Shown here: positions 24,511-38,402 of the stretch, one piece after another
How positions within the stretch are numbered: the stretch's first letter is position 1
Layout: the number at the start of each line of letters is the position of its first letter
Assembly: GCA_030390025.1 (NCBI GenBank)
Contig: CM059431.1
Location: 108,502,001-108,566,000 of the forward strand
Direction of reading: 5' to 3'
From: Squalus acanthias
Lineage: Eukaryota
Length of the DNA: 64,000 nucleotides
Position numbers and translations under genes: made by a program
The notes under the pieces: generated by a model
Told to the model about the DNA's origin: nothing
What the model saw: the letters and a program-made list of their open reading frames with translations, nothing else
The model's database searches: none

Positions 24511-25968
24511 ACTTATTTTGAAGAAGTGTGGAAGGTGCCTTGAGAACCATCAATAGCTATGATGGTGCTGAGCCACCACCAGAAATAGAGCTACTTTTAG
24601 TTGTTAGACGTAGAACTCATGTGAGGGAAACCTACGCAGCTCACTCGAGTTATTCACTGTTCCTTAATGATTGGGAGAGTCATTTCCTTATCCTCTCACT
24701 TTTGGGAAAGCCTCCATATTCATTAGTTAAAGACAGAGGACCCTTTACCTATTTCCTCTGTACCTCCTAATAAAACTACCTGGGCTCAACAACAGTGAAT
24801 CCTTCCAACGTTTGCCTTTCAAAAGTTGATTTGACCTCGACTCGATCATTTTTAGTAAGTAGATATTTGTTCTAATCTGCAAGACATTCAGCACAATCAT
24901 GATATTGTTAATAGATGAAATATGAGCATCACCTTAACAAAAGGTATCATTTTAAATTCAGTTTAGCAAACTTCCAATTTAGTATTCCTGAGACTAAGCT
25001 GTGATACATTGTCATTTTTCCCCCCGCAGGAGTTAATTAATTTGGCACATAGACCTGGTGTCCATAAAGTAATTGGAGGAATGAAGTTTCAACCCACTGC
25101 CTGCCTAAAATGAATTGGTAACATCTGACCTTGCAACAAACCAATCCATTGTAGGTAGGCAGTTGCTAATAGAATGAATTCTATATTCAACAGCTAAAAA
25201 GATAAGCCTTTCAGGGATGGCATCATGGCCCCGAGTCACTCAATAGCCCAAGTAAAAGGTCAGCTACACAATGGCAACAGCTGATCCCTGATCATTTTGT
25301 CAACTCTTTTTATATTACCTATTGTAAACCTGTCTTTACACGATCGTTGTTGTGTGTGGATTCGGCACCAGATTAAGGGGGTAGTATTTAGTATCATTGG
25401 GTAGTAAAATGTAGGTACCCCACCTCCCCGCACCCCAACCCCCCTCCCACCCCAGCCCCAAAACAAATTTTTGCACGGGATCCTGAAAAAGGAAGAGACA
25501 CATATCAACCAGTGTACTGGAACAAAACAGTGAGAGACAACTTGCCTCGCCAAGAATCATTTTGTTTGTGTAATGGAATGCTATCACCATAACAATAAAG
25601 CAGTCATTGGTATGTTCAAAAGTTGCCAGTGTAAGAGTGATTAGTAATCTTCCTCTCGTTACCAACAGAACTTGGCGTGCCCGAAAAGTCTGAACAATAA
25701 AACTTAACTATCATGAAGAAATGTTCAGTCAAATTGAAGCTACGGTTTTAGCGGGGTCTAGTGATTCATAAGCACTTTGAAATATTTAGACCTTTAGCAT
25801 TAATAATTTTGGAATTCTAGCTTTAATAATCATGACACTTGTTTAAAAAGAGATTTCATTTTTTTTTAAATTGTTGACGACAGGGTAGAAAATATCAATA
25901 ATTTTAGATTAATCACCAAAACTATTAAACATTACCAGCTTGCGGTTGGGAGCCATATAAGAATATGG

Positions 25969-26695
25969 AAAATGTGGTCTATGTATTTTCAAACTTGTCC
26001 TGTAGCTCTGGACCATGTTGAAACTTTTTTGCTCTTACCCTTGACCATTTTCATTTTGATTTTGCGTTAACAAGAGGCAACTATTTGTCAAAGGGAAGCA
26101 GGGTTGGTAGACCTCCATATCTCACTGTCAGATATTTAAAAATTAGAATAAAAGCGCCGAGCAACCTAAGTTGATTGAAATTATCTCATTCATTTAGATC
26201 TTTTGCAAAGATTAGGGGAAGAAAGAAGAAATTGCATTTTTATCACCCTTGATCCCATCTCTCAGAAATGTCCCAAAGCACATCATATACAATGAATTAC
26301 AGTGTGCAGTGCAGTTACTGTTATTATATAGGCAAATGGCGAAGCCATTTTGGACACAGCAAGGTTCCACAAGCAAATGACTAGTTAATCTACTTTTTGG
26401 TAGCAAAGGAGATAGAACGTGGATATCAACATCAGAAGACTCGCTCATAAAGGAGGGAGAAGGAGATATCCCATGATCCTTTCTCCTCAGAGCAGCGCAT
26501 TACATGTTTAAAAATGTGGCCTATGTTTTTTCAAACTTGTCCTGTAGCTCTGGACCACGTTGAAACTTTTTTGCTCTTACCCTTGACCATTTTCATTTTG
26601 ATTTTTCACTAACAAGAGGCAACTATTTGTCAAAGGGAAGCAGGATTGGTAGACCTCCATATCTCACTATCAGATGTTTAAAAATTAGAATAAAA
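25969..26695 (+). repeat. Local direct duplication of about 185 bp (25969-26153 and 26511-26695)
   Basis: aaaatgtgg.ctatgt...aaaaattagaataaaa repeated with few substitutions. Confidence 0.92.
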
Positions 26696-27624
26696 ACAAT
26701 AAGTTGATGAAATAAGAGTAGATTAGGGGTGGGACCTTAAAAATCCTAGAAAGGCCAGCATTGATATGATTAACATGACCTTACTTCAAGATTTCCATTG
26801 AATGTTTACCAGAAGGGTTTTGCTTTAAAGTAATCCGACAAAATGTGTATTAAGTTCTCACAGTATTAACCACATCTTAAAGTATTTTTTTGGCTTTAGG
26901 TGGCATTAGTGTGCCTTGTAAGTACACTACACAGAAAGGAGGTCAGTAATGCCAAGCCCTAGAAATTTGAGGCTGGTATGCAGAGAAGAAAGAGTCAAAC
27001 TGGCCTGTTCCATGGCGATTGCAGGACTACAAAAGAGTTTAATTTTTTCAGGAGGTATCCCAGCACCTCCCCCTTCTCCCCCCACCCCCCCGCAAGCCCA
27101 GGCACCAAGGCTCTAGTTTGCAGGGACCACAGGGGCAGGCGGGTTTCAGGCGCCCGTATTTAAATTGGGTGACTTCCCCCTGACCCCACATACTCCAGCG
27201 GTGTCTGCAGTGCAAGTCAGTAGCCATCATGATCTTGGCCTGAGTATTTTTGGGCCCAGTGACTTGCGGAACCAGCAGGCTGTGTCATGTGCCATTTAAT
27301 TGATTTATTATTTTTAAACTGATTTTTTTTTTTTAAATGCACAGATGTGATTTCACATTAGGAGATTACCCACAGATTCTTTACCAATGTGGCATGGTCA
27401 TGCGCTGTAACGTGACAGCTGGTCTTTCATTTGGTAAAGGGCCAGAGTCTCTGTATGAGAGAGTTCTGCAGGAGGCCCATTCCTGGAACGGTTAGGAACA
27501 GCCTAAAAGCTGCTGATGCAAAAGTACCATATTAAACACAGTGCACATTGATAGAATTACTTTACGTCGAACTTACAGCACAGAAACCGGCCAGTCATCC
27601 CAACTGGTCTATGCCGGTATTTAT

Positions 27625-27975
27625 GCTCCACACAGCACTCCTGAGGGCCGCTGCTAACCCATGATTCGCCCCCTCTCCCCCCCCCTCACCCTGTTGACCT
27701 TCCCTCCTCCTCCCGGGACTTACCCGAGGTGCCGCTGCCGTCGAGGCCTGAAATTGATCCCTTGGAAACGGGCGAGCTGCCTCTCGAAGTCTGACAGGTG
27801 CTGCAAGTTTTTCCAAAGTATTCAAGTAAGGCCCAAGGCCCAATTTTGCACGAGCATTGGGCCTCTCTGTTCTGAGCACTCTTGGTTATGCGCCCGAAAT
27901 CTGGACCGTAACCAAATTCTACCCCCTTCTCCTCCAATTTTGCCCTCTTCATCTGAAGGTGGTGAGTTATATAAG
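27625..27975 (-). repeat. Inverted copy of 31066-31398 (MITE end plus unique flank) inside a CR1 tail
   Basis: ctgagggccgctgctaacc...ggtgagttatataag is the reverse complement of cttatataactcacc...ggttagcagcggccctcagg. Confidence 0.88.
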
Positions 27976-28420
27976 GGATTATGTAGAATTTACAGCACAG
28001 AAACAGGCCATTCGGCCCAACTGGTCTATGCCGGTGTTTATCCTCCACACGACCCTCCTCCCACCTTTCTTCATCTCACCCTATCAACACATCCTTCTAT
28101 TCCTTTCTCCTTCATGTGTTTATCTAGCTTCCCCTTAAATGCATCAATGCTATTAGCCTCAACTATTCCCTGTGGTAGCAAGTTCTACATTCTAACCACT
28201 CTCTGAGTAAAGAAGTTTCTCCTGAATTCCTTCTTGGATTTATTAGTAACTATCTTATATTTATGACCCCTTAGTTCTGGTCTCCCCCACAAGTGGAAAC
28301 ATCTTCTCTACATCTACCCTATCAAATCCCTTCACAATTTTAAAGACCTCTATTGGGTCACCCCTCAGCCAATGTAACGTAGAGAAAAGAGCCCCAGCCT
28401 GTTCAGTCATTCTTGATAGT
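27976..28420 (-). mobile_element. CR1 3' fragment
   Basis: Typical tail and FFTQRVVRM-type antisense body. Confidence 0.85.
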
Positions 28421-29796
28421 GATGACGAATGATTTTAATTTTCTTTTCATATTTTTATTTCTGCTTTTATTTTAACCGAGATTTTTAAAAAATCAATATT
28501 CTAACCCTGGTCATTAGCAACAGTATAGCATTTGTCATCACAGTACTGAATAGGTCCTTGCACCCTTTCTATGTATTGAAATTGCACTGCACTCTCTTTC
28601 TCTTTAAGAAGCACTTCACCATAGCCAGCTGGTCTCACAGCAACTAAACATTTCGACACGGAAATCAATGTTATTGTTGAGGCAAATCAAATTTCTCAGC
28701 ATCTAGAAAAACAAAATGAATAAAAAGTTTTGGTTCTAAATCCTCCTAAATTCGGTGCCAATTAACAGACGTTTATATTTTGCAAACATGCAACTGCATA
28801 AAACATTTTAATAAAGGAATCTCTAAATGACTCAAGGAGTCTGAGAGCAATGCAGCCACTGTCTCTTGGCTTCAAGAAGTAACGAGCTTTTCATCATGTT
28901 GTTCTGAGCTGCTCATCGCAGAAAGTGCATCTCAAGCACTTAATTCCCCTACGTGAAAAAAAACACATTCACTGAAAGAACTGTTTCATCACGTAACAGA
29001 AAAGCTTCCTCTTTAATTGCTACTCACAGGATTTCAATTACATTTTGCTTTGTGCATTGTTTATAAGCAAATAAAAAAAGAACTTTAAAAATAACAACAT
29101 CCTGAGGCTATAAATCTGCCAAAAAAATGCTTACAAAATCACATTTTTTTTTAAAAGACCCAGAGAGAGAAGCAGCAAATTTTTCAGACCGTTAATTTAT
29201 GTGGGAAAACTGTGCAGCTAGGATATTATAGAATTCCGTGGGGGTTTTTTGCTTATAGTATATGCCAAAGCAAATTGAAGTGTCTCAATGTGTGTTTTTA
29301 AAATTAATAGGCACAGTGGGGGGAATTTTCTCCTTGAGCGATACTTGGTTGGGCGGAACACCCGTCCCTTGTAGAACCTGTCGCATTTTCATTCCGATAA
29401 AATCAATAGCATGAAAATCGGGACGCGTTCTACAACGGTCAAGTGATCCGCTCCACCAGATTTCCACCCAGGCAGTGAAGGTGAAAATCTATCACCATTC
29501 TTCTCCGAGTTACCACTTACAACCGTGGCAAGAGCTGGAGCATTGAAGAGAAGACTGTGCTCCCTTTTGGACAATTGACCAAACCGACCAGAAGGTGTCA
29601 CTGTTCATTGTATCATTTTTTGTTTTGTGCACATTGTGGGACATTTTAAACCAACATTGAAACAAGTTGTTACCTGTTAACAAGAATAATAATTCATCTG
29701 CAGGTACTACGCAGTAAGTGAATAAATATTAACTTGCTTTGAGGGGAAAAAGAGCTGTTGCATTGTATTTGTGACAATTATTTGGTGTAAAGATAA

Positions 29797-30245
29797 AAGA
29801 AAGACTTGCATTTATATAGCGCCTTTCACGATCACCAGACATCTCAAAGCGCTTTACAACCAATGAAGTACTTTTGAAGTGTAGTCACTGTTGTAATGTA
29901 GGAAACGCGGCAGCCAATTTGCACACAGCAAGCTCCCACAAACAGCAATGTGGTAATGACCAGATAATCTGTTGTGATGTTGATTGAGGGATAAATATTG
30001 GCCAGGACACCGGAGATAATTCCCCTACTCTTCTTCAAAATAGTGCCATGGGATCTTTTACGTCCACCCGAGAGAGCAGACGGGGCCTCGGTTTAACGTC
30101 TCATCCGAAAGACGGCAGCTCCGACAGTGCAGCACTCCCTCAGCACTGCACTGGGAGTGTCGGCCTAGATTTTTGTGCTCAAACTTGAACCCACAACCTT
30201 CTGACTCAGAGGCGAGGGTGCTACCAACTGAGCCACGACTGACAC
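29797..30245 (-). mobile_element. Full-length SacSINE1-like DeuSINE
   Basis: tRNA head, Deu core (ggtggacgtaaaagatcccatggcactatt) and L2-derived tail (aaaggcgctatataaatgcaagtc). Confidence 0.9.
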
Positions 30246-30669
30246 AAAGGCGGTGAGATTCTGTTTCCGATTGGCATATTCAAACATTGTTTTAGCAAGT
30301 GTTTAGAAAAGCTGGTCTGAGATGCACATCCGCTGATCTGTGGTAGAAAACTGCGAAAGAGCGTGTAAAAATAGATTTAAAAGAAATTCCTGATGGTGAA
30401 ATGTAATGTCCATCAATGGCATTTAAACTGAGGGCAGGGAAAATCCAATGAGCTTCAACATTCCTGGATTAGAGAGAGCGGGAATATAGTTTATGTTCCT
30501 GATCCCTATTCCTTTTGAAAATACACACATGTTGGGATGAGGTAAAGCTGGGATCAAGGTTGGCTATGAAGTCTCCAATCACCATCCAGGCTCGCACATG
30601 AAGAATCACCACTTGGATGATGTATATGAAGATGTGCCACCAACTGTGAATCCATACCCGTGAAAAGAG

Positions 30670-31062
30670 AAGGTAGGTGGTGGGGTGACCTGATAACGGT
30701 CTTTAAAATTATGAAGCGATTTGATAGGGTAGACGTGGAGAAGATGTTTCCACTTGTGGATGAGTTCAAAACTAGGGGCCACAAGATAGTCGCGAATAAA
30801 TCCAATAAGGAATTCAGGAGAAACTTCATTACCCAGAGAGTGGTTAGAATGTGGAACTTAATACCACAGGGAGTGGTTAAGGTGAATAGCATAGATGCAT
30901 TTAAAGGGGCAGCTAGATACGTACATGAGGGAGAAAGGAATAGAAGGTTTTGCTGATAGGGTGAGCTGAAATAGAGTGGAAGGAGGCTCATGTGGAGCAA
31001 AAAGACCAGCATGGACCAGTTGGGCCGAATGGCCTGTTTCTGTGCTGTACATTCTATGTAAT
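30670..31062 (+). mobile_element. CR1 3' fragment
   Basis: ORF 30660: GDLITVFKIMKRFDRVDVEKMFP...RNFITQRVVRMWNLIP. Confidence 0.88.
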
Positions 31063-31114
31063 ACACTTATATAACTCACCAACTTCAGGTGAAGAGGGCA
31101 AAATTGGAGGAGAA

Positions 31115-31777
31115 GGGGGTAGAATTTGGTGATGGTACGATATCAGGCGCAGAACCTGAAGGCCCAAAACTCGCGCAAAATTAGGCCTTGGGCCTCACTG
31201 GAACGCTTTGGATGAGCTACCAGCGCCTGTCGCACCTCCAGAGGCAGCTCGCCCGTTTCCAAGGGATCAATTTCAGGCCTGGACAGCAGCGGCACCTCTG
31301 GTAATTCCCGGGAGGAGGAGGGAAGGTGGGGGGACGGGGGTGGGGGGGAGGAGGTGCTGATCACAGGTTAGCAGCGGCCCTCAGGAATGCTGTGGAGCCA
31401 GAAAGACCATCCCTGCTCTCCCTCGATCCACAACTAGCTGTAAAAAAAACATTTTTTTTTTTACTTACCTTTTTGGTTGCGCCACTTGCTGAGCCAAATC
31501 CACAACAGGAAAAGCTGAGCGGAGCAGGCCCGGAGCCTGACCCGCTCAGGGGAGCTCAATTTGACAGAGGGCTCCTAAAACAGGCATTAGGCCTCACATT
31601 AACATATGCAAGAGGCCTAATGCCTGTTTTAGGCGGCCACCAGGGACTCCTGAAAAATCACCCGAGTCAATATGAGGGTGGGACGTATTTCAGGCATTTT
31701 TGGGCCATGGCCCCGCAAAACTGGAACTTTTTGCCCCTGTTTTCTGCCGAGTTCAATGAGAACCGAATTTCTATCCC
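31115..31777. mobile_element. Harbinger-type MITE
   Basis: TIRs GGGGTAGAATTT / AATTTCTATCCC. Confidence 0.7.
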
Positions 31778-32139
31778 GAAAAGTCATGAATCAAATGTCA
31801 AGTTAAAATGAAGATTCATAAACTGCACACTAAGGGAAAGTCCCTGAGCTTTTCCTCAATAATGATTACATGAAATACGTAAACTATATTGTGTGAGGCA
31901 ATTGCTTGCCTCAGTTTAGCATCTTTTCATCCTAGCCAGTTTAATGCACTCACACATTTACTGTACCTAGCAAAACTTTCTTTGAAGTTAGGTCTTTGTG
32001 AATTTCACTCGATCTCAGACTTTGATCGGGAGAGTGCTAATTGAAAAATATCCTCAAATTATACCGGCTGAAAAGATGAATGAAAACGTCCCGCACTCTT
32101 TGAATTAAGGTTCCAAGCTCTTCATATAATATACAGTTC

Positions 32140-32720
32140 TCCTAGTGTCCTATCCAGGACATTCATCTCTCTACCAACATCACCAAAACAGTTTAACTAA
32201 TCCTTTATCTTATTCACTGTTTGTGGGACCTTGCTGTGCACAAATTGGCTGCTGCGTTTGCCTATATAACACTACACTGCAGTATCTCGCCAAGGCTTCT
32301 TCGACAGCACCTCCCAAACCCATGACCTCTACCACCTAGAAGGACAAGAGCAGCAGGCGCATGGGAACACCACCACCTCCAAGTTCCCCTCCAAGTCACA
32401 CACACCATCCTGACTTGGAAATGTATCGCCATTTCTTCATCATCGCTGGGTCAAAATCCTGGAGCTCCCTCCCTAACAGCACTGTGGGAGCACCTTCACC
32501 ACACGGATTGCAGCGGTTCAAGAAGGCGGCTCACCACCACCTTCTCAAGGGCAATTAGGGATGGGCAATAAATGCTGGCCTTGCTAACGACGCCCAAATC
32601 CCAGGAATGAATTTTTAAAAATCATCAGTGACGACACTTGAAAAAGTGATTCATTGGCTATGAAGCACTTTTGGAGGCCTTGGGTACATGAAAGGTGCTA
32701 GATAAGTACAAGTTCTTGCT
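32140..32720 (+). mobile_element. DeuSINE 3' part interrupted by a LINE family A 3' end (about 32285-32620)
   Basis: SINE sequence (caaattggctgctgcgtttgcctatataac | cagtgacgacacttgaaaaag) rejoins across the LINE fragment. Confidence 0.75.
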
Positions 32721-33107
32721 TTATAAAAAAATTTGAATGCTGAATTGCATTGAAGTTGTGTGTAGATTTTTGCTTAGTTATTACCTGGCTGTTAACTTTG
32801 AAGATACTTTGTCAACAGGCTTTAAATTGTGTGCTTGCACACAGGCCAATCACAGACTGCCATGCCAATATGAACTTTCCCCTGGTGGACACAAAGAAGA
32901 TTAACAAACTGTTTTCCAGTTGACTCTTGTAACGTATACAACTCTTTATCCAGCTTGTTTATACGTCTGTTAGGAAAGTGTACAAAACAGGAGTGCATTT
33001 TTAACATTTGCTGTGGTACGGAAACTAATGCTAATTTAGAAAAATACATGTTGATATTGTCAATAATATGACTCATTTTGGATTGGAACTATCATTTCTT
33101 AGAACAA

Positions 33108-33405
33108 CACCTTGCATTTATATAGCGCCTTTAACGCAGTAAAACGTCCCAAGGCGCTGCACAGGAGTGATTATCAAACAAAATTTGTCACCGAGCCACA
33201 TAAGGAGATGTTACGACAGATGTCCAAAAGCTTGGTCAAAGAGGTAGGTTTTAAGGAGCGTCTTAAAGGAGGAAAGAGAGGTAGAGAGACGGAGAGGTTT
33301 AGGGAGGGAATTCCAGAGCTTAGGGCCTAGGCAGCTGAAGGCACGGCCGCCAATGGTGGAGCGATTAAAATAGGGGATGCACAAAGGGCCAGAATTGGAG
33401 GATTT
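33108..33405 (-). mobile_element. L2 LINE 3' end
   Basis: ORF 33211-33420: STIGGRAFSCLGPKLWNSLPKPLRLSTSLSSFKTLLKTYLF. Confidence 0.88.
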
Positions 33406-33826
33406 AGAACCTGAATGCACATTCTAGACTTTTAAACAAATATTTTAAGAAGGACAAGCGAATCAAATATCAAATACCTGTAAAGACTGAACAACACAAA
33501 TTGCCGTTTTCTGGACTTCCTTGTCCAACTGAAAGACTGGTTGCAATTGTTCTTCAGTTAAGGGCACATGTGTCTATTATTGCTTAAATAAATAACCTAT
33601 GTAACTTCTTAAGTTTCTGTGTAACGTTTTTCTCCAATTCACAGCCAAGGTGTCATGTTCCAGGCACATTCTGTGGCACTGTGCGCCTTAAAGCATTGTT
33701 GTTACTGGTGTTTATGACAGAAATTTGGGGGGCTTTGATTTAAAATAAAATACCGCATTCATTGGAAAATAATTTTCTCAGCGAAATCGAAAAGCCGGAT
33801 GATTAAGTTACAGTTATCGACATACA

Positions 33827-33949
33827 GGCCAAGAAATTCGAATCGGGCGGTTTGACTGCAATGGAACTGAATCTCAGGCGCTGCGTATACCGGCCGACCG
33901 ATCCGATACCGTCCGTTTCGCGCCACCGCCCAAGACGATTTTCTCAGCC
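33827..33949. mobile_element. Very short (123 bp) CpG-rich MITE
   Basis: GGCCAAGAAATTCG / CGATTTTCTCAGCC imperfect TIRs; flanks ACA/ACG. Confidence 0.6.
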
Positions 33950-34964
33950 ACGTTCTTTACATGAAGGTAAGAAAAGCACTTAAAAGATGCTATTGAGATT
34001 ATATTGTAGTACAACCCATTAGTCGTAGGAAACTTTTCTGGCTAGGGACACAGATACTTAACATATCATTCACTTCTCCATATAAATTTATAATCCCTCA
34101 AACTCTTGAAATCCCAGCAGTCCTTTTAGATTAGAAAAAAAATGTGAAGCTAAATCTGTACTGGAAGCTTTACGATTACAGATGGAAAAATTCTTTGCCC
34201 GTGCTTTTGATTTTTTGATCCCTATTTAGCTGAAATCCTATTAAAATCAGCTTTGTGCTTTTCAACTGTTGAGTGTAATTGGATCCAATGCTTCACAGCC
34301 CAAAAACTTGGCTCCTGTTTTCAAACCAGGTTGCTGGAGGGAATTGGCACTGAGTTATGAATGGATTAGACTGAGTTCTTGAAGCAAGCATGGATGTATA
34401 ATAAGGCTACGAGCTCATTTCATCTAATGAAGGCAACTGCAACTATAAATCAGTATCTAAACAGCATGCAAGAGGGGTTTACAAAAATACACGCAGTTGA
34501 ATACAAAATGAACTGTTGGTTCACAAAGTGATTCCACATGAGTGAACTTCAACACTATGTATGTGATAATTATTTTCATGATTGTTACAATAGAAATAAT
34601 TATACCAATGATGAGTTTCTGCAACCACGATGTGTATTAAGAACTTGGAATTCAGCTTTTGTTGCACAATATATTTGCATATTCATCCATGTATGTTTTA
34701 AGTATACATTGTAAACATCAAACCAATATGCAGGCAAAGGCAAATCGGCTCATACTGTATGCTAAATAAGAATGCAAATTAGCACAGTTCGACTTTCAAA
34801 TACACAGAGCTGTAAATTTTCAGGATGAACTTATTTCGCTGTGTTAATTGTGTTAAAACTATTTGTTTTGCACATTTCACGTTGAACCTATTTTCTCAGC
34901 ACTCTGGAATGGTACGTTTGATATATGCCACTTGTAATGTTGTTGAAATGATGCTTTAATAGTT

Positions 34965-35280
34965 CCAATGATGGCTCGGTCAGTTTATCCAGTGAGTAAT
35001 TGGATTACGCAGACTAGGAGGCTTCCAGATCCGACCCTGGTCTGATGCTGAGTTAAGCTGATCTCAGATGTGGCAGCGGTAGCTACAATTGCATTCAGTG
35101 CCCCTAAGTGTAGGTAAGACGGAACTGGTCAGGGTTTACACCTCTGATGAAGGTCCGATGCCCCCTGCTGGGTGTGCACATCTGTGGACATCTGATGAGG
35201 TTTGGATCGGGCTTGGTTGTCATGCTCCCCACAATCAAAAGAGCCTACTGACACTTATCATCGCAGCCCACGCATGACTA
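34965..35280 (+). mobile_element. Old tRNA-derived SINE (related copy near 40145-40450)
   Basis: Shared tgctgagttaagctgatctcag / tgctgggttatctgacctcag motif after a decayed A/B-box head. Confidence 0.5.
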
Positions 35281-35784
35281 TTGGGCAAAGTAGCAGCTGG
35301 TGACCATTGCCCCTGAAACTGTGCCCCAGTAAGGAGCCAGTGAAGGGGTCAAAACTACTGGAGAAAATTGGTAAAAAGTAAAGAAAAATACAGAGTTGCT
35401 CCGATTGTCCACTCCCATTATGTAGTTCCTCCGCCTTGTCATCACACATGGACAACCCACGATTTAATGGATGAAAAACTATGAGCTGAGGTCCTATGAT
35501 TTTCCAATATGCAAGACAACATGCAGGGAGTGCACATGTGGAAAATTTGTCCTATAGAGCTTTAAGTTTGTCATTTCTAACTAGGAACACATTTATCCAA
35601 GGATACAGAATGCGAAATTGTAGCAAAATGAAAAGCAACTTTGTATATGAAATAGTGCAAATCTAGAGGAACATCATGTGAGACAAAATATCACAAATTA
35701 TACTCAGTATGTAAAGCATTAGGCCTTGAATTCTGATTGGCATTACACAAATTTCAGCAATAATTCATTTTAAATAGACTTAAC

Positions 35785-35912
35785 AACCTGTTACATCCCT
35801 AACTTTTTCCAATTCTGACGACAGGTCATCAACCTGAAATGTTAACTCTGTTTCTCTCTCCACAGATGCTGCCTGACCTGCTGAGTATTTCCAGCATTTT
35901 CTGTTTTTATTT
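35785..35912 (+). mobile_element. Penelope-like pLTR fragment (family 1) with degenerate hammerhead motif at 35813-35850
   Basis: CTGACGA-C-AGGTC-ATC-AACCT-GAAA-TGTTAAC followed by the conserved pLTR end. Confidence 0.7.
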
Positions 35913-37110
35913 TAAATGGATTACCGCTGGCTTTAAACTAACGGCAATCAATTGAGGTCAATTTAACGCCAATTGACAAATCCAGTTATTGCAGTCTTTT
36001 TAAGACTGTCACTGTTATGCATTGTCACCTTTGTGACAATAATATTTTAATTAGGTAAACAGTCAAAAGTTAATATTCTGGAAACTGACCATCGAAAGCG
36101 CTCAGTTCTAAGGGGTTTAGATATGATGAGGTAACTGCCCTGCCTATAAAGCATCCATGCTTGGATTATAGCATAACGTTATGGTACATTGTACTTTTAT
36201 ATGCTATGAAGCAGATTTCAAAGCAGCCGTGAATATGGAAATGAAAAGCGTTGATGCAGCTGAATTAGAAACATGTTTCACAAGCCTGTTTTAAAAAAAA
36301 AGTAGAAAAAATATAACGTGGTGATGATTTCTTAATGGACAGCTAGAAGCCACAAAATCATCACATTTCTTGAACTTAAGATGAGCCGGTCTATTTACGC
36401 TTTGTGTCGCCTCCGCTCAACCAGATTTTTAATCATATTGGCATCCAGCCTACTGTGTAATTTGTTGTCCTATCAGTCTGTCAATATTATGCATTAAGAC
36501 TTTCAACAGTTTCCATTGAATGTGGAAGTGCTCCTTTCAAAACATGCAAAAAGTAAGGGGAAAAACAGGAAGTGCCTAATGCATGCTCTTCTATATCATG
36601 GCCTAGATGAAAGCGCTTAGAAGTACTCCAACTAATTAATTTGAAATTGTGTGATGAAAAGATTGTGTACACATATAGATGTGGCTGACATTGTCCAGAG
36701 AAAGAAGCCTTTTATTCTGTCGAGTTTGTTTTTCCACATACTTAAAACAATGCACATATTCATCACTTTGATGTTCAATTAAAATGAATAACTGTGTTAT
36801 GGGTTGAGTCTCATTGTTGAGCTTGTTCTTTTGAACTTTGGGCACTGATTGCGATCATTCTGAAGTGGGCTACAGTTTAGAATATAAGAAAACAGAATGG
36901 CAAAAGGTCATTTGGCCCTCCTAATCATTCAATAATGGGAGCGTCCCCAAACAACCATTTCTGTCTCAAATTAAAATCTAAATCTCTCTCCTACCTCTTT
37001 TAAATCTATTTCATAACAGTTGTTACATTGCAAAATCTTGACAATTACTGTACACCTAGCAAATAATTGCAAATAACTTCAGATAATCAGCATTTTGATC
37101 CAAATATATA

Positions 37111-38400
37111 GGCCATGATTTCGCCTACCAAGGCAGGTACGTGGCAGTTGGCGTCAGTGGCGGGGTGTGACCCCGCTTCTGACTCCATCCCGCTCTGTGA
37201 AAAGAACTTTCCCCTGATTGGGCTTGTTAAGCCCGCCCAGCGTGTTTCCCAGCCAGTTGAAGGAAGCGGGTCTGATGACGTCACTTGATGACGTGTCATC
37301 AGCCGGTTTCCTTAAAGGGACCATGTGCAAATTGATTTGACAGTTGTGCTGTCAGTATACTACAGCATTGAGGTGTTGCAAACACTGACAAGCACTGCAC
37401 AGAGGTGCACGGCTGCACCCAGGCTCTCCCATGACTCCCTCCATATGCTTATGGAGGGAGTAACAGCACGCAGGGAGGTTCTCTTCCCTTCCCATGGGAA
37501 GAAGAGACCTCCCCAGGAGACCAACGCAGCCTGGTTGAACATTGCACAAGAGGTCACAAGCAGGGATGTGGTCAGGGCAACCAGGCTGCAGTGGCGCAAA
37601 CCTTTCACTGATCTCAGTAGATCACAAAACGTTAGTATAAAAGCCACACTCAACCTCATCCTGCTGTGCCTCTCATCACATCCCCATCACTCTGCCTTCC
37701 CTACCCTACTCCTGCACATCCTTACTCACACCAACTTACCTTGCACCTCCACCCATCCCTCTCTACCTACATTATCACTTCCCCATCTCAATAGCCACCC
37801 CTCACACTCACCCTCATCCCAGTCCAATCATATCAACTAACAACACACAAGGGTGGGCACTTGGGTGTTTTAGCCAGTGTTCATGTGAAGTTTTTGTTAA
37901 TGTGCTGTCAAACATTGAAATCTTTATTTTCAACACTTTGCATTCTTGGACAGATTTGTGTGCACCTTTGGAAGTGGCTTAGTGAGTTACAGTGAATGGT
38001 GAGACATAACGGTACCCCTGCAATGGCGATGAGTGTGAAAGGAAAGGCCTGGGCATTGTAGGGATGCTTTATGGTATTGGTGTGCGGTGATGTCAACCTG
38101 GCGCATCATGTGGCAGCCAGGGTGTACAGCGTCACGTGAAGTAAATCTGGCCATGGTGAGGCCATCCCTGGCCTCCCGGGCAGCAATGTGGTCGGGTGCT
38201 GATGCCCTGTGTCCTATGCAGCATCAGGTGATTGCGGAGAAGGTTGGTGTTGTTGTTGGTGCTGCTGGTGTGCCCGGTGATGCTGGTGTTGGGGCTGATC
38301 ATGGTGGGATTCTGAGGACCGAGGTGAGATAGTTTCAAGGGCATCGATGCTCATGGAATTGATGGCAGGTGAATTTGAGATGACAGAAATGATCTGTCCT
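37111..38400 (+). mobile_element. Harbinger derivative, left portion with Myb/SANT ORF remnant
   Basis: GGCCATGATTT terminus after ATA; ORF 37325-37840; colinear with 13545-to-12345 on the minus strand; truncated at the SINE. Confidence 0.85.
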
Positions 38401-38402
38401 AT

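Noticed and set aside
29695..29720. Possible 10-nt microexon (ctgcag|GTACTACGCA|gtaagt)
   Set aside because: No pyrimidine tract and not frame-preserving.
29797..30245. tRNA genes suggested by A/B boxes
   Set aside because: SINE heads without a full cloverleaf, attached to Deu core and LINE tail.
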